Notes under the pieces: model-generated
What the model saw: only the letters and a program-made list of their open reading frames with translations
Database searches by the model: none
Told to the model about the DNA's origin: nothing
Shown here: positions 1-10,329 of the stretch, in pieces
How the letters are laid out: each line of letters starts with the position of its first letter
Position numbering within the stretch: the stretch's first letter is position 1
Made by a program: the position numbers and the translations under genes
Origin: Alphaproteobacteria bacterium
Lineage (GTDB): Bacteria > Pseudomonadota > Alphaproteobacteria > UBA828
Direction: 5' to 3'
DNA length: 64,000 bases
NCBI GenBank assembly: GCA_965237415.1
Contig: CBDEFM010000002.1
Span: forward strand, 1,152,001-1,216,000

Positions 1-637
1 CGATCAGCGCGAGGTAGCGCTCGGCGCCGATGCGGCTGGCCGCGACCTGCGCCTCCATATCGCCGACTACCATGTCCGGCGCGCGGATGTTGTCGCGCAT
101 CATGTGCCAGAGCGCCTCGTTCGCAACGCCCCTGTCGTAGGCCTTGAGCGCCTTGAACTGGAGGCCCTCGGCATAGGCGTCCATCGCGTCGACGATGCCG
201 CAGCTACCGGGGCTGAGCGCGCCGATATCGAGATGATGCGCGGTGGTGACGGCATAGCCGACCAGGGCGCTGTGGCGGAAGACCGGCACGATGAAGGCCA
301 CGTCCGGCCCGTGGCTTGCGCCGTGATAGGCGGAGTTGTGAATGATGACGTCGCCCTCGTGCAGGGTCTGGCCGCGCTCCTCGAGAATCTGGTTCATCCC
401 CTTCACGTAGCCGGGGATCGGCCCCGATTGGAGCGGCGTCGAGTGCACCGATTCGCAGAGCTGACGGCCGTGGCGGTCGATGATCGCCGCGCCGAAATCC
501 TCGGATTCGCGGATGATCGAGGAATACGACATGCGCATGAGCTTCCAGCCCATCTCGACCGCGATGCTCTCCAGCGCGCCCTGGATCACGCTGGCGGTGA
601 CGGCGTCGATGGGGCGGCGGTTCGGCGTCTCTGCCAT
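1..637 (-). CDS. Hydantoinase B/oxoprolinase family protein (runs off window start)
   Basis: Manual translation from ATG at 637: MAETPNRRPIDAVTASVIQGALESIAVEMGWKLMRMSYSSIIRESEDF...HNSAYHGASHGPD...HHLDIGA; lies directly after a hydantoinase A gene. Confidence 0.9.
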   Translation of the reverse strand, partial: MAETPNRRPIDAVTASVIQGALESIAVEMGWKLMRMSYSSIIRESEDFGAAIIDRHGRQLCESVHSTPLQSGPIPGYVKGMNQILEERGQTLHEGDVIIHNSAYHGASHGPDVAFIVPVFRHSALVGYAVTTAHHLDIGALSPGSCGIVDAMDAYAEGLQFKALKAYDRGVANEALWHMMRDNIRAPDMVVGDMEAQVAASRIGAERYLALI

Positions 638-640
638 GGC

Positions 641-2719
641 TCAATCCTCCTCGCCCAGGCGCAGGATGAGGTTCGCGCTCTTGTCCACGCGCACTGACCA
701 GCCGGGCGGCACCACGGTGGTGGCGTCCGTTTGCACGATAATCGCGGGGCCGGGGATCGGCGCATCCACCGGCAGCGCGTCCCGCCGGTAGAAAGCCGTG
801 TCATAGCCTTCGAGCGCGCCGTCCACGCGGAAGACCGAGCGCGCGGTCTTGACCCGTGCCTCCTCCAGCGACCCGCCGGTGGGCTCCGGCGGTGCCGCGA
901 TCTTCGGCATGCGGCCAACCCCGGTGATGCGGATGTTGACGATCTCGATGGGGCTCTCCGTGAAGCAGTGGCCGTACTCCTGCTCGTGCAACGCATGGAA
1001 AGCCTGCCAGACCTCCTCCAGCCCGGCCTCGTCCAACCCGTCCGTCGGGAACGACACGCGCAGCTCGTAGCCTTGGCCGACATAGCGCAGATCGCCGGCG
1101 CGCCTCTCCTCCACCCGGTCGGCGCCGAGCCCGGCGGCCTCGTACTGAGCCAGGAGGTCACGGCTCAGCCGCGCAAAATCACGGTTGATCCGCTCGATAT
1201 CCACCGCACCCTTGACCTGGAAGGCCGTCATGATCTGGTCGTACTTGAGGTCGGTGGTGAGCAGGCCCGCCGCCGACGTGATGCCGGGATGAGGCGGCAC
1301 CAGAACCTCGGGCACGTCGAGCATCGCCGCGACCTCGGCGCCATGCAGCGGGCCGGCGCCGCCGAAGGCGACGAGCGAGAATTCGCGTGGGTCCAGTCCC
1401 TTCTGCACCGTCTTGGAGCGGATGGCGTTCGCCATGTTGGCGTTGACGATGGTGAGCACACCCTCGGCGGCCTCGTGCTTGTCGATGCCGAGTGTCTCCG
1501 CGAGGTCCGTGAGCGCCTCGTCGGCGCGCTCCGGCGCAAGCGTCATCTCGCCACCGAGAAAGTTGTCCGCGTCCAGCCGGCCGAGTACGATGTTGGCGTC
1601 GGTCACCGTCGGCGCGCTGCCGCCACGCCCGTAGCAGGCGGGGCCGGGCTCGGAGCCCGCGCTCTCCGGCCCTACCTTGAAGGCGCCGCCCGCGTCGATA
1701 CGCGCGATGCTGCCGCCGCCGGCACCGATGGTCGTGATGTCGATCATGGGCACCAGCACCGGGTAGCCGCCGATCCAGGTGTCGCGCGCGGTAGCCTCGT
1801 TGTAGTGGCCGTCGATCACGATGCCGATGTCGGCGCTGGTGCCGCCCACGTCGAAAGTAATGAGGCGCCGGCGCCCGGAGTGCTCCGCCGCCCAGGCGCC
1901 GCCGAGCACACCGGCGGCCGGCCCCGACATGAGGGTGATGACCGGCACGTCCGCCACCATCGCCGCGGTCGCGACGCCGCCGTTCGACCCCATGATGTGG
2001 AGATCGCCCGCGACTCCCGCCTGCTTCAACCGGTCCTCGAAGCGGCGCACGTAGTTGCGGACCTTGGGGCCGATGAAGGCGTTCATCGCCGCCGTCGTAA
2101 AGCGCTCGAACTCGCGAAACTGCGGCGCGACCCGGGCCGATGTGGTGACGAAGGCTTCCGGCCATTCCTCCAGTACAATGGCACGCGCGCGCTCCTCATG
2201 CGTGGGGTCGATGTAGGCGAAGAGGAAGCAGATGGCGACCGCCTCCACGCCCTTCTCGCGGAGCGTGCGGGCGGCCTGGCGCACGCCCTCTTCGTCCAGC
2301 GGCTCCAGCACGGCGCCCTGCGGCGGCACCCGCCTCTCCCGCACGGTGAGGCGGTGGCGGCGACGCACGAGCGGACGCGCCTGCCACGGGATGTCCTGCA
2401 TGATCGAGTAATTCTGCGGCCGCTGGTGGCGGCCGATGTGGATAATGTCGCGGTAGCCGGCCGAGGTGATCATGCCGGTCTCGGCGCCGTCGTACTGAAG
2501 CACCGCGTTGGTCGAGATCGTGGTGCCGTGGAAAACGTGGGCGATCGCGTCCGGTGCCGTGCCGCTCCGCTCGCAGAGCACGGCGATGCCCGCCGCGGCG
2601 CCCTCCGACGGATCGTCCGGCGTGGTGGGCACCTTGTGAATCGCGCTCTCGCGCGTCTCGCTATCGCTGATGATGAGATCGGTAAAAGTGCCGCCGACAT
2701 CGACGCCGATTAACTTCAT
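641..2719 (-). CDS. Hydantoinase A/oxoprolinase family protein
   Basis: Motifs GVDVGGTFTD, HGTT, SGPAAG, DVGGTSAD, GAGGGS, GPESAGSEPGPACY; start taken at MKLIG. Confidence 0.95.
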   Translation of the reverse strand: MKLIGVDVGGTFTDLIISDSETRESAIHKVPTTPDDPSEGAAAGIAVLCERSGTAPDAIAHVFHGTTISTNAVLQYDGAETGMITSAGYRDIIHIGRHQRPQNYSIMQDIPWQARPLVRRRHRLTVRERRVPPQGAVLEPLDEEGVRQAARTLREKGVEAVAICFLFAYIDPTHEERARAIVLEEWPEAFVTTSARVAPQFREFERFTTAAMNAFIGPKVRNYVRRFEDRLKQAGVAGDLHIMGSNGGVATAAMVADVPVITLMSGPAAGVLGGAWAAEHSGRRRLITFDVGGTSADIGIVIDGHYNEATARDTWIGGYPVLVPMIDITTIGAGGGSIARIDAGGAFKVGPESAGSEPGPACYGRGGSAPTVTDANIVLGRLDADNFLGGEMTLAPERADEALTDLAETLGIDKHEAAEGVLTIVNANMANAIRSKTVQKGLDPREFSLVAFGGAGPLHGAEVAAMLDVPEVLVPPHPGITSAAGLLTTDLKYDQIMTAFQVKGAVDIERINRDFARLSRDLLAQYEAAGLGADRVEERRAGDLRYVGQGYELRVSFPTDGLDEAGLEEVWQAFHALHEQEYGHCFTESPIEIVNIRITGVGRMPKIAAPPEPTGGSLEEARVKTARSVFRVDGALEGYDTAFYRRDALPVDAPIPGPAIIVQTDATTVVPPGWSVRVDKSANLILRLGEED

Positions 2720-2864
2720 GGGCAGTCCGCTCGCTCTGGCGGCCCGGCGGCCGCGCCTGGTCGTTGCGTCTCTGCCGCCTCGCACCGGCGGCGGCGGGGC
2801 AGTGTCTTACCCGGATCGAAGCGGGTCAAGCGAACCGGCCTAACCGTCCGGCGTCGGGTCGGCC

Positions 2865-4100
2865 TGTCGAGAACAATCTGAGTTGGCCGGTTTATGTACC
2901 ATATGAGTTGACCGCTTCTGTTGCGGTTGCTGGCTCTGTGGGGAAGTGGTCGGGCGCGGCGCGGCTGTCCACTTGTCCACAGGGCGCCGGTCGGTCGCGT
3001 CGAAGCGGATCACGCGGCCTCTCGGGTTTGGCTGTCGATCGGTTGGCCATCGGCGTGGTATCGCGCCAGACATCGCGGTCCATGGAAGACGGCCATTGTG
3101 CCGTCGGGGTATTCGTGGACGCGGACCCTGGCCTTGACGTAATGGCGGCGGTGGCGGCCGGCGGGGAGCTGCAGGAGCCTGCGCTTGTAGCGCACCGTGT
3201 TGTCGTTTGAGACGGTGCGTTCCTCGTGGATGCAGAGGATGTCGTCGAGCGCGCCGGTGAAGGGGACGAAGGCGGTGCCCTGGTCCTCGGCCGGGGTCGC
3301 GAAGCGGGCGTTGTGTTGTGGCAGGAAGAGCTCCTTGAGGAAGCGGTTGGCCTCTGCGATCTCGGTGATGCCGGCGAGCCTGAGTTCCTGGGGCAGGCGC
3401 TTCTGCAGGGTGGCGAACATGCGCTCCGAGCGCCCCCTTGCCTCGGGCGAATAGGCCGGGATCGACTCGATGCCGAGCTGCGCCAGGGCGCGGCCGACCT
3501 GGGTCGGGGTGTCCTTGTCCACCTTGCCGCCGGCCTCGGGCGTGTTCCAGTAGTGGCTGGCGCGGTCGGCGTAGAGCGAGCAGAACAGGCCCTTGGCCCG
3601 GATCGCCTCGGACACCCCCTGGAAGCTCGACATGGTGCCCTCTTCGGCGACGAAGAAGGCCGAGTAGATCTCGCTGGTCGCATCGTCCATGGTGACGATC
3701 AGGTCCCACCATCGAGCGGGGACCCACGCGTGGCTCGAGCCGTCCTGATGCAGCATCATGCCGGGGAGCGCGCGGCGCGGCCGCTTGCGCCGGTGCGCCC
3801 CACGCCTGGGCGCCGCGCGCCTGCGCCCATGGGCTTGCAAGCTCAGCCGCAGCCAGTTGTAGCTGCGCTTGAAGCCGTGATCGGCCACCAGCTTCTCGTG
3901 GAAGTGCTTGGCCGTGAAGTCCCAGTAGCGGGTGTCGAACAACTCCAGCACCCGCGCCACCTCGTCCGCCGGCGCGCGCCGCGCCGAGAGGCGGCCCAGG
4001 CGGCGGTCGTAGAGACCGTCGGCTCCCTCCGCCTCGTAGCGGTCGCGCCAGCGTCGCAAGGTGTGCTCCGAGACACCCAGAACCTGCGCCGCCTCGCTGC
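2865..4100 (-). mobile_element. ISNCY/IS1202-like insertion sequence, left end apparently missing
   Basis: Right end starts TGT at 2865 and contains repeated TGAGTTG(G/A)CCG submotifs; transposase lies upstream; no matching left end seen. Confidence 0.7.
3010..4100 (-). pseudogene. DDE transposase (ISNCY/IS481-like), N-terminally truncated
   Basis: HTH remnant EAAQVLGVSEHTLRRWRDRY, MLHQDGS, MDDAT, YADR, GRSERMF; no convincing start codon at the expected N-terminus. Confidence 0.75.
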
Positions 4101-4234
4101 GCCCGTGCTCGTACAGGGCCGGTGCGCAGGCGTTGCGCCGCTTCTGAAATCCCAGTCTATAGCGAAGTGCGGCCCCGTCGTGGCCGCCGGCGATCGCGCA
4201 CCACTTGCCGCCGGGATCGTCCTGCCGCAGTTCC

Positions 4235-4891
4235 CTATGCCCCGATGCCGTCGGCGCGGCGTTCCAGTGCCGCGATGGCGTCGGCGGCGGTAACGGGCCG
4301 GCCGGCGTTGGTGAGCGCCCGGATGAGCGTCAGCGCCGCCTCGTGGCCCTGCGCGCTGGTACCGGCCACACAGTCCTCCAGAACGCACACCTTGTAATCG
4401 CGCTGATAGGCGTCGCCCGTGGTCCAGAGCACGCAGACGTCGCTGCAGACGCCTGCGATCAGGAGCGTGTCGACCCCCAAGCGACGCAGGTTCATGTCGA
4501 GCTCGGTGCCGACGAAGATGCTGAAGCGCCGCTTGAGGATGCGCATGTCGCCGCGCTCGGGCGCCAGCTCGTCGACGATCTCGAAGCCCTCCGTACCTTC
4601 GATACAGGGCGGTGCCGGCGGCGCGCCGGGCGCGGCGCGGGGATGCTTGCCGGTGACCCAGCCGCTCCGCCCGTCCCAGAGGAGGCGCCCGCCGTCGAGC
4701 CCGTCGGCGCGGTGTACCTCCTGGCTGAACACGATCGGCACCTGCGCGCGCCGGGCCGCGGCGATCACCCGGCCAATCCGTGTCACCATCCGCTCTGCTC
4801 CGATCGCGTAGGAGCCGACATCATGGTCGACGAAATCGTTCTGCATATCGACCACAGCCAGCGCAGGCTGTCCGATCTCCAGTGCGTCCAT
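4235..4891 (-). CDS. Isochorismatase-family cysteine hydrolase
   Basis: VVDMQNDF, KRRFSIF, GVCSDVCV motifs. Confidence 0.9.
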   Translation of the reverse strand: MDALEIGQPALAVVDMQNDFVDHDVGSYAIGAERMVTRIGRVIAAARRAQVPIVFSQEVHRADGLDGGRLLWDGRSGWVTGKHPRAAPGAPPAPPCIEGTEGFEIVDELAPERGDMRILKRRFSIFVGTELDMNLRRLGVDTLLIAGVCSDVCVLWTTGDAYQRDYKVCVLEDCVAGTSAQGHEAALTLIRALTNAGRPVTAADAIAALERRADGIGA

Positions 4892-5012
4892 CCGTGCGTC
4901 CTCCGATCGCTTCGGCCCGTGCACAACATCGTCGCCGGAAGCCGGCGCAGGCAAGACCGTGGGCTCTCAGCCGATGCGATGCGATCTATCCAGGAGAATC
5001 GAGCACGGCCGG

Positions 5013-5477
5013 CTACTGCGTGTCCTTCATGTTCATCCCGTCGTGTTCCATGTCGCCGCCGTGGTCCTTCATCTCTCCGTGCGTGTGCTCGGCTTGGCCA
5101 GAGTCGGCGCCGAACTGTAATTTCGTGACGACGCGGTCCCGCGTCGGGCCGCTGACATCCAGTGTCAAGGCCCACTCGCCGTGCATGTCGAGCTCCAACC
5201 GGGCGGTGTAGTGGCCGGGCATCGAACCGGGCGCCGCCATTACGGGTCGAACATTATGGGCCAACGGCATCGACGACATGTCGGCCTTGATGACGACCTC
5301 GGCCCCTTCCACGGGTTCGCCGCTCTTCTTGCCCTTCAGCATGATCATGCAGTCGTAGGCCAGCCTCTCCGCCGCCGCCTCGCAGCTTATGTCGGCGGCC
5401 ACGCGCTCGCCCGCCGTCGCCGTAACGCCCGCCATCAGCATCGCCGATAGCACCAAACCTGCGATCGAGGTACGCAT
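5013..5477 (-). CDS. Exported YtkA/FixH-like protein with His/Met-rich tail
   Basis: Signal peptide, DMSSMPLAH, GHYTARLELDMHGEW, C-terminal HTHGEMKDHGGDMEH. Confidence 0.6.
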   Translation of the reverse strand: MRTSIAGLVLSAMLMAGVTATAGERVAADISCEAAAERLAYDCMIMLKGKKSGEPVEGAEVVIKADMSSMPLAHNVRPVMAAPGSMPGHYTARLELDMHGEWALTLDVSGPTRDRVVTKLQFGADSGQAEHTHGEMKDHGGDMEHDGMNMKDTQ

Positions 5478-5480
5478 CGC

Positions 5481-6197
5481 TCACCCTCCTCGCTTCAGAC
5501 CCAGATAGGCACTGACCAACAGCTCGTGTTCGGCAAGCTCCACAGCCTTGCCGTCCAATATGATCCGTCCGCCTTCCAGGACATAGCCCCTGTCCGCGAT
5601 CGCCAGGGCTTGCCGGACGTTCTGCTCGACCAGCAGGATCGTCACGCCGGAGTCCCTCAACCTGGCGATCAGGGCAAAGACCTCCTGCGCGGCGATCGGG
5701 GCAAGGCCGAGCGAGGGCTCGTCGAGCATCAACAGCTTTGGCCGGGCCATCAGCCCGCGGGCCAGCGCCAGCATCTGGGCCTGGCCGCCGCTCAACGCCG
5801 CGCCCCGTTCGTCGAGCCGGTCACGCAGCATGGGGAATAATTCGAGCACGCGATCGATATCCGCATCGGCCCTGGCGCGGCCGGGCACATTGTAGGCTCC
5901 CAGCCGCAGGTTCTGCGCGATGGTGAGCCCGCCGAAGATCAAGCGACCCTCCGGCACCTGCGCAATACCGCGTCGCATGATCCGGTGCGGCGGCAAGCGG
6001 GTAATCGGCTGTCCGAGAAAGCGAATGTGCCCGCCGGCCGACCGCTCGATACCGCACACCGCGTGCATGGTCGAGCTCTTGCCGGCGCCGTTGGCGCCGA
6101 TCAGTGCGACGATCTCTCCCTCCTCGACCGCCAGCGACACACCCTGGACGGCGCGCACCTTGCCGTAGCTGACTTGCAGGTCGCGGATCTCAAGCAT
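5481..6197 (-). CDS. livF: Branched-chain amino acid ABC ATPase (LivF-like)
   Basis: GANGAGKS, LSGGQAQM, LDEPSLGLAP. Confidence 0.9.
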   Translation of the reverse strand: MLEIRDLQVSYGKVRAVQGVSLAVEEGEIVALIGANGAGKSSTMHAVCGIERSAGGHIRFLGQPITRLPPHRIMRRGIAQVPEGRLIFGGLTIAQNLRLGAYNVPGRARADADIDRVLELFPMLRDRLDERGAALSGGQAQMLALARGLMARPKLLMLDEPSLGLAPIAAQEVFALIARLRDSGVTILLVEQNVRQALAIADRGYVLEGGRIILDGKAVELAEHELLVSAYLGLKRGG

Positions 6198-6945
6198 CGA
6201 TCGAATCCCGGCCTAGATAGGCCTCGAGGACGTCGGTTTGCTTCAGGACCTCTTGCGGTACGCCGTCTGCAATCTTGCGGCCGAAATTGAGGACGCAGAG
6301 GCGCTGGCATATCTCCGATATCAGGTCGAGCTTGTGCTCGATGACGATGCAGGTGCGCCCCGGCACCGCGAAGTCGCGGATGAGAGCGGCCATCTCCGCC
6401 GTCTCGGTCGGGGTCATGCCCCCGGCTGGCTCGTCCAGCAGCAACAACAACGGCGAGCGGGCGAGCGCCCGTGCCAGTTCGAGCCGCCGCTGATCGGGGA
6501 GCGGCAGGCTGCCCGCCAGAACGTCCCGCCGATCCGCGAGGCCAACGGCGTCGAGCAGGTGGTCGACCTGCGTCCTGCGCGCCCGTTCAGCCGCGGAACC
6601 GTTCGACAGAAGTTCCATGGGCCCAACACCGGGCAGGCTGTGCTGCGCCACCCAGACGTTGTCGCACACGCTCATGCGCTGGAAGATGCGCAGGTTCTGG
6701 AAGGTTCGCGCGATGCCGCGGCGGACGATGCGGGCCGGCGTGTTGTGGGTGATGTCCTCGCCGCCCAGGAGGACGCGGCCCGAATCGGCGGCATGAACGC
6801 CGGTGATCACGTTGAACAGCGTCGTCTTGCCGGAGCCGTTGGGGCCGATGAGGCCGACCACCTCGCCGTCTGCAACCGTGAGATCGAGCACGTCCAGGGC
6901 GGCAACGCCCCCGAAGGACCGGCTGACGCGGTCAATTGTCAGCAC
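6190..6945 (-). CDS. livG: Branched-chain amino acid ABC ATPase (LivG-like)
   Basis: GPNGSGKT, ARTFQN, LDEPAGG. Confidence 0.9.
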   Translation of the reverse strand: MLTIDRVSRSFGGVAALDVLDLTVADGEVVGLIGPNGSGKTTLFNVITGVHAADSGRVLLGGEDITHNTPARIVRRGIARTFQNLRIFQRMSVCDNVWVAQHSLPGVGPMELLSNGSAAERARRTQVDHLLDAVGLADRRDVLAGSLPLPDQRRLELARALARSPLLLLLDEPAGGMTPTETAEMAALIRDFAVPGRTCIVIEHKLDLISEICQRLCVLNFGRKIADGVPQEVLKQTDVLEAYLGRDSIDA

Positions 6946-7843
6946 GCCGCAGTCCTCGCCAACGCGCGCGCAACCAGTGCACGGCGGCTTCGTCCAGCAA
7001 ACCGCGGGGGCGCACGATGAGCAGCAGGGCGACCAGACCGCCGAAGACGATCATGCGATAGCCGGAGATCGCCCGGATCGATTCCAGCAAGCCGATATCG
7101 AGGGCAACGCCGATCAACGGTCCGAACGCCGTGCCCAATCCGCCGATCAATCCGTAGGCCAGGCCGTGCACACCCAGCATGACGTTGAAGATCTTGGGCT
7201 CGACGTAGGTCGTAAGGTGAGCGTAGAGCGCGCCTCCGATGCCGGCGACGACACCGGCCATGACGACGGCCAGAATCTTGTATGCGGTGACGTTCAGCCC
7301 CTGCATCTCGGTGAGCAACGGGTCCTCGCCGATCATCCGGAAGATGGCGCCGAGGCGGGAGCGCTCGAGAATCAGAAAGGCGATGAGGACCACCGCCAGC
7401 AGCCCATAGATGATCAGCATGTACTCGAACGCCGAGACGTTGCTGTCATAGATCGCGCGAATGTCGCGAAATCCGTCGGATCCGTTGGGGCCGACCAGCT
7501 CACCGTCGATCTCGACCTGATAGGTGAATATCTCGAAGATCAGCCGCACCATCTCGGCGAAGGCGAGGGTCGCCACGGAGAAGTAGAGCCCGCGCAGCCG
7601 GACCGTCGGGATGGCCACCGCCAGTGCCGCCCCCCCGGCGAGCAGCGCGCCCCACACCAGGCCGAGCCAGAACGGCCAGCCCCACATCGCGGTCGCGATG
7701 CCTGAGCCATAGGCGCCGATGGCGAAGAACGCCTGTTGACCGAATGAGATCTCGCCGACGACGAGCAGCAGATAGGCCGAGAGCGCGATGAACGAGATCA
7801 TGCCGATGTTGGAGAGGATCGCGATGAGATAGGCGCTTTCCAT
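6932..7843 (-). CDS. livM: Branched-chain amino acid ABC permease (LivM-like)
   Basis: Hydrophobic; SFGQQAFFAIGAY, RLRGLYFSVATLAF, RPRGL. Confidence 0.88.
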   Translation of the reverse strand: MESAYLIAILSNIGMISFIALSAYLLLVVGEISFGQQAFFAIGAYGSGIATAMWGWPFWLGLVWGALLAGGAALAVAIPTVRLRGLYFSVATLAFAEMVRLIFEIFTYQVEIDGELVGPNGSDGFRDIRAIYDSNVSAFEYMLIIYGLLAVVLIAFLILERSRLGAIFRMIGEDPLLTEMQGLNVTAYKILAVVMAGVVAGIGGALYAHLTTYVEPKIFNVMLGVHGLAYGLIGGLGTAFGPLIGVALDIGLLESIRAISGYRMIVFGGLVALLLIVRPRGLLDEAAVHWLRARWRGLRRADN

Positions 7844-7846
7844 CGC

Positions 7847-8746
7847 TCAGACCCGCCGCGTCGCCGTCTGTTCGCGCTCCACGGCGAGCTGGCCCATGAG
7901 GCCGCCCGGCCGGAAGACCAGGAACAGGAACAAGAGGAAGTAGGCGGAGAGGTCCCTGTACTCGGCGCCCAGATACCAGAGGCTCTGGGCTTCGACGACG
8001 CCCAGCAGCAACCCACCGAGGATGGCGCCGGGGATCGAGCCCATGCCGCCCAGCATCATGGCGATCAGCCCCTTGAACGTGGCCCAGAGGCCGAATAGCG
8101 GGGTGATCTGGCCGTCCGCGGCGACGATCAGATAGGCAGCAACGCCGCCGAAGGCAGAGGCGATGGCGAAGGCCAGAAACATGACCGCGCTGACATTGAT
8201 GCCCATGAAGCGCGCCGCGCGCGGGTCTTCGGAAACGGCGCGCACAGCCAAGCCGAAACGCGTGCGCTGCAACAGCCAGTGGAGCCAGACGGTCATGACG
8301 ACCGCGCACGCGAACATCACGACGTTCTCCAGCTTGAAGAAGAACGGGCCCAACTCGACCGGACCGGCTGTGACCAGAGGCGGAAAGGGGTAGGTCCGAT
8401 CCGGAAACACCACGGTGACGGACTCTTCCAGCTGCATCCATATGACGAAGCTCGAGACCATCGACGCCGCGGCCGCACCTTGGCGAATGGCCCGGAAGCA
8501 CAGACGCTCGACATAGATTCCGGCAATCACGGCGCCGACCACGGTGGCAGCGGCGATCGCGACGGCATTGGCCTTGAACTCGACATAGACCAGCGTGCCG
8601 ACGAACGCGCCGACCATGATCGACGGCCCGTAGGAGAGGTTGAGCCGACGCATGACGCCGAAGATCAGGGTGAACCCTATGGCGAGCAGCGCATAGGACG
8701 AGCCCAGCATGATGCCGTCGAGGCAGTTCTGGATGAAATCAACCAC
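7847..8746 (-). CDS. livH: Branched-chain amino acid ABC permease (LivH-like)
   Basis: YALLAIGFTLIFG, GGMGSIPGA, RPGGL. Confidence 0.9.
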   Translation of the reverse strand: MVDFIQNCLDGIMLGSSYALLAIGFTLIFGVMRRLNLSYGPSIMVGAFVGTLVYVEFKANAVAIAAATVVGAVIAGIYVERLCFRAIRQGAAAASMVSSFVIWMQLEESVTVVFPDRTYPFPPLVTAGPVELGPFFFKLENVVMFACAVVMTVWLHWLLQRTRFGLAVRAVSEDPRAARFMGINVSAVMFLAFAIASAFGGVAAYLIVAADGQITPLFGLWATFKGLIAMMLGGMGSIPGAILGGLLLGVVEAQSLWYLGAEYRDLSAYFLLFLFLVFRPGGLMGQLAVEREQTATRRV

Positions 8747-8797
8747 CGACCTCTTCCCGCGCCCCTGTCGGAGGTCCGGTCATGAACGTCTGCCGAC

Positions 8798-9565
8798 CTA
8801 GAGCGTGGTCCCGTCGGGGCGGCCCCGATCCCCGGCAGGCGGATCGCGTTGCACGTTCTTTCCCAGATAGGCGCGCTGGATCACTTCGTGCTCGGAGAGC
8901 TGCCCCGGCTTGCCGCTGAACGTCACCTGCCCCTGTTCCAGGAGGAAGAAGTGATCGGCCACCTGCAGCGCCATATGCGCGTTCTGCTCGACCAGAAATA
9001 TCGTGGTGCCGTCCGCGTTCAGGTCGCTGATGATCCGGAAGATCTCCTCGACGATCAGAGGTGCGAGGCCGAGGGACGGCTCATCCATCATCAATAGTCT
9101 GGGCCGCGCCATCAAGGCGCGGGCGACGGCCAGCATCTGCTGCTCGCCGCCGGAAAGCGTGCCGGCCAACTGCTTCGACCGTTCCTGCAATCTGGGAAAC
9201 CGCGTGAAGGCGTGATCGATGTCCTGTTGCACAAGTGCCTTGCTCTTGCCGAGCCGGAGATAGGCACCGGCGATGAGATTCTCGCGCACGTTCATGTCGG
9301 CAAAGACGAGCCGGTTCTCCGGAACCAAGGCGATTCCCCGCTTCACGACCCCGCTCGGCCTCATGCCGGTGATGTCGCGATCGAGGAAGCTGATGGTGCC
9401 GCGTCTCGGCCTCAGAATGCCGGCAATCGTCATCATCAGCGTGGTCTTGCCGGCGCCGTTCGGGCCCAGCAGGCAGGTGATCCCGCCTTCGTCGACCGCG
9501 AGGTCGACGCCGCGCAACGCTTCGATATTGCCGTAGGAAACGGCGACGTCGCTCACGTCAAGCAT
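8798..9565 (-). CDS. livF: Second LivF-like ABC ATPase
   Basis: GPNGAGKT, LSGGEQQM, DEPSLGLAP. Confidence 0.9.
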   Translation of the reverse strand: MLDVSDVAVSYGNIEALRGVDLAVDEGGITCLLGPNGAGKTTLMMTIAGILRPRRGTISFLDRDITGMRPSGVVKRGIALVPENRLVFADMNVRENLIAGAYLRLGKSKALVQQDIDHAFTRFPRLQERSKQLAGTLSGGEQQMLAVARALMARPRLLMMDEPSLGLAPLIVEEIFRIISDLNADGTTIFLVEQNAHMALQVADHFFLLEQGQVTFSGKPGQLSEHEVIQRAYLGKNVQRDPPAGDRGRPDGTTL

Positions 9566-10325
9566 TCGCCGCCCCCACGTTGCCGCCGAGGTACGCCTGC
9601 TGGACCGCTTCGTCCTCCTGAATCGCGGCCGGCAGGCCTTCGGCGATCTTGCGCCCGAAGTTGAGCACTGCGATGCGGTCGGTCACGCCCATGACGAGTT
9701 CCATGACGTGCTCGACCAGGACGATCGTTATGCCTGCCTGCTGAAGGTCGCGCAGGCGGCCGTCCAGCGCATGCACCTCCTCCAGGTTCATGCCGGCGGC
9801 GGGTTCGTCGAGCAGCAGGAGCCTGGGCTTCGTGGCAAGGGCCCGGGCCAGCTCCAGGCGGCGCTGCTCCCCGAAGGAGAGGTTGGCCGCGAGCTCGTCC
9901 CGCTTGCCGCTCAGCCCGGCGAAGTCGAGCTGTTCATCCACCGCATCGCGCGCGCCGCCCGAACCGAGGAACCATCGCTTCACAAAATTCTCGCGGCGGC
10001 GGTCCTCAACCGAGTTTTGCGCCACCCACAGGTTCTGCCAGACCGTGAGGTGGCCGAACAGACGGATGTTCTGAAACGTTCGCGCCACGCCCGCCGCCAG
10101 CACCCGGTGGGGCTGCGCGCCGGTGATGTCGCGGTCCTCGAAGACGACTCGCCCGCCAGTGACCGGCAGGACGCCGCAGATCAAATTGACCGTGGTGCTC
10201 TTGCCCGAGCCGTTAGGGCCGATCAGACCGAAGATCTCGCCCTCTTCGACCGTGAGATCGAGCTCGTCGACGGCATGAACGCCGCCGAAATGCTTGCTGA
10301 GGGATGTGAGTTGCAATAACGGCAT
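9558..10325 (-). CDS. livG: Second LivG-like ABC ATPase
   Basis: GPNGSGKS, ARTFQN, LSFGEQRR; start at MPLLQL. Confidence 0.9.
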   Translation of the reverse strand: MPLLQLTSLSKHFGGVHAVDELDLTVEEGEIFGLIGPNGSGKSTTVNLICGVLPVTGGRVVFEDRDITGAQPHRVLAAGVARTFQNIRLFGHLTVWQNLWVAQNSVEDRRRENFVKRWFLGSGGARDAVDEQLDFAGLSGKRDELAANLSFGEQRRLELARALATKPRLLLLDEPAAGMNLEEVHALDGRLRDLQQAGITIVLVEHVMELVMGVTDRIAVLNFGRKIAEGLPAAIQEDEAVQQAYLGGNVGAANA

Positions 10326-10329
10326 CGCT

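Noticed and set aside
731-2713. Long antisense ORFs (also 19658-21655, 23395-25635, 39207-41282, 59286-61043, 62964-63998)
   Set aside because: They are shadow frames of real genes in high-GC DNA and show no recognisable motifs.
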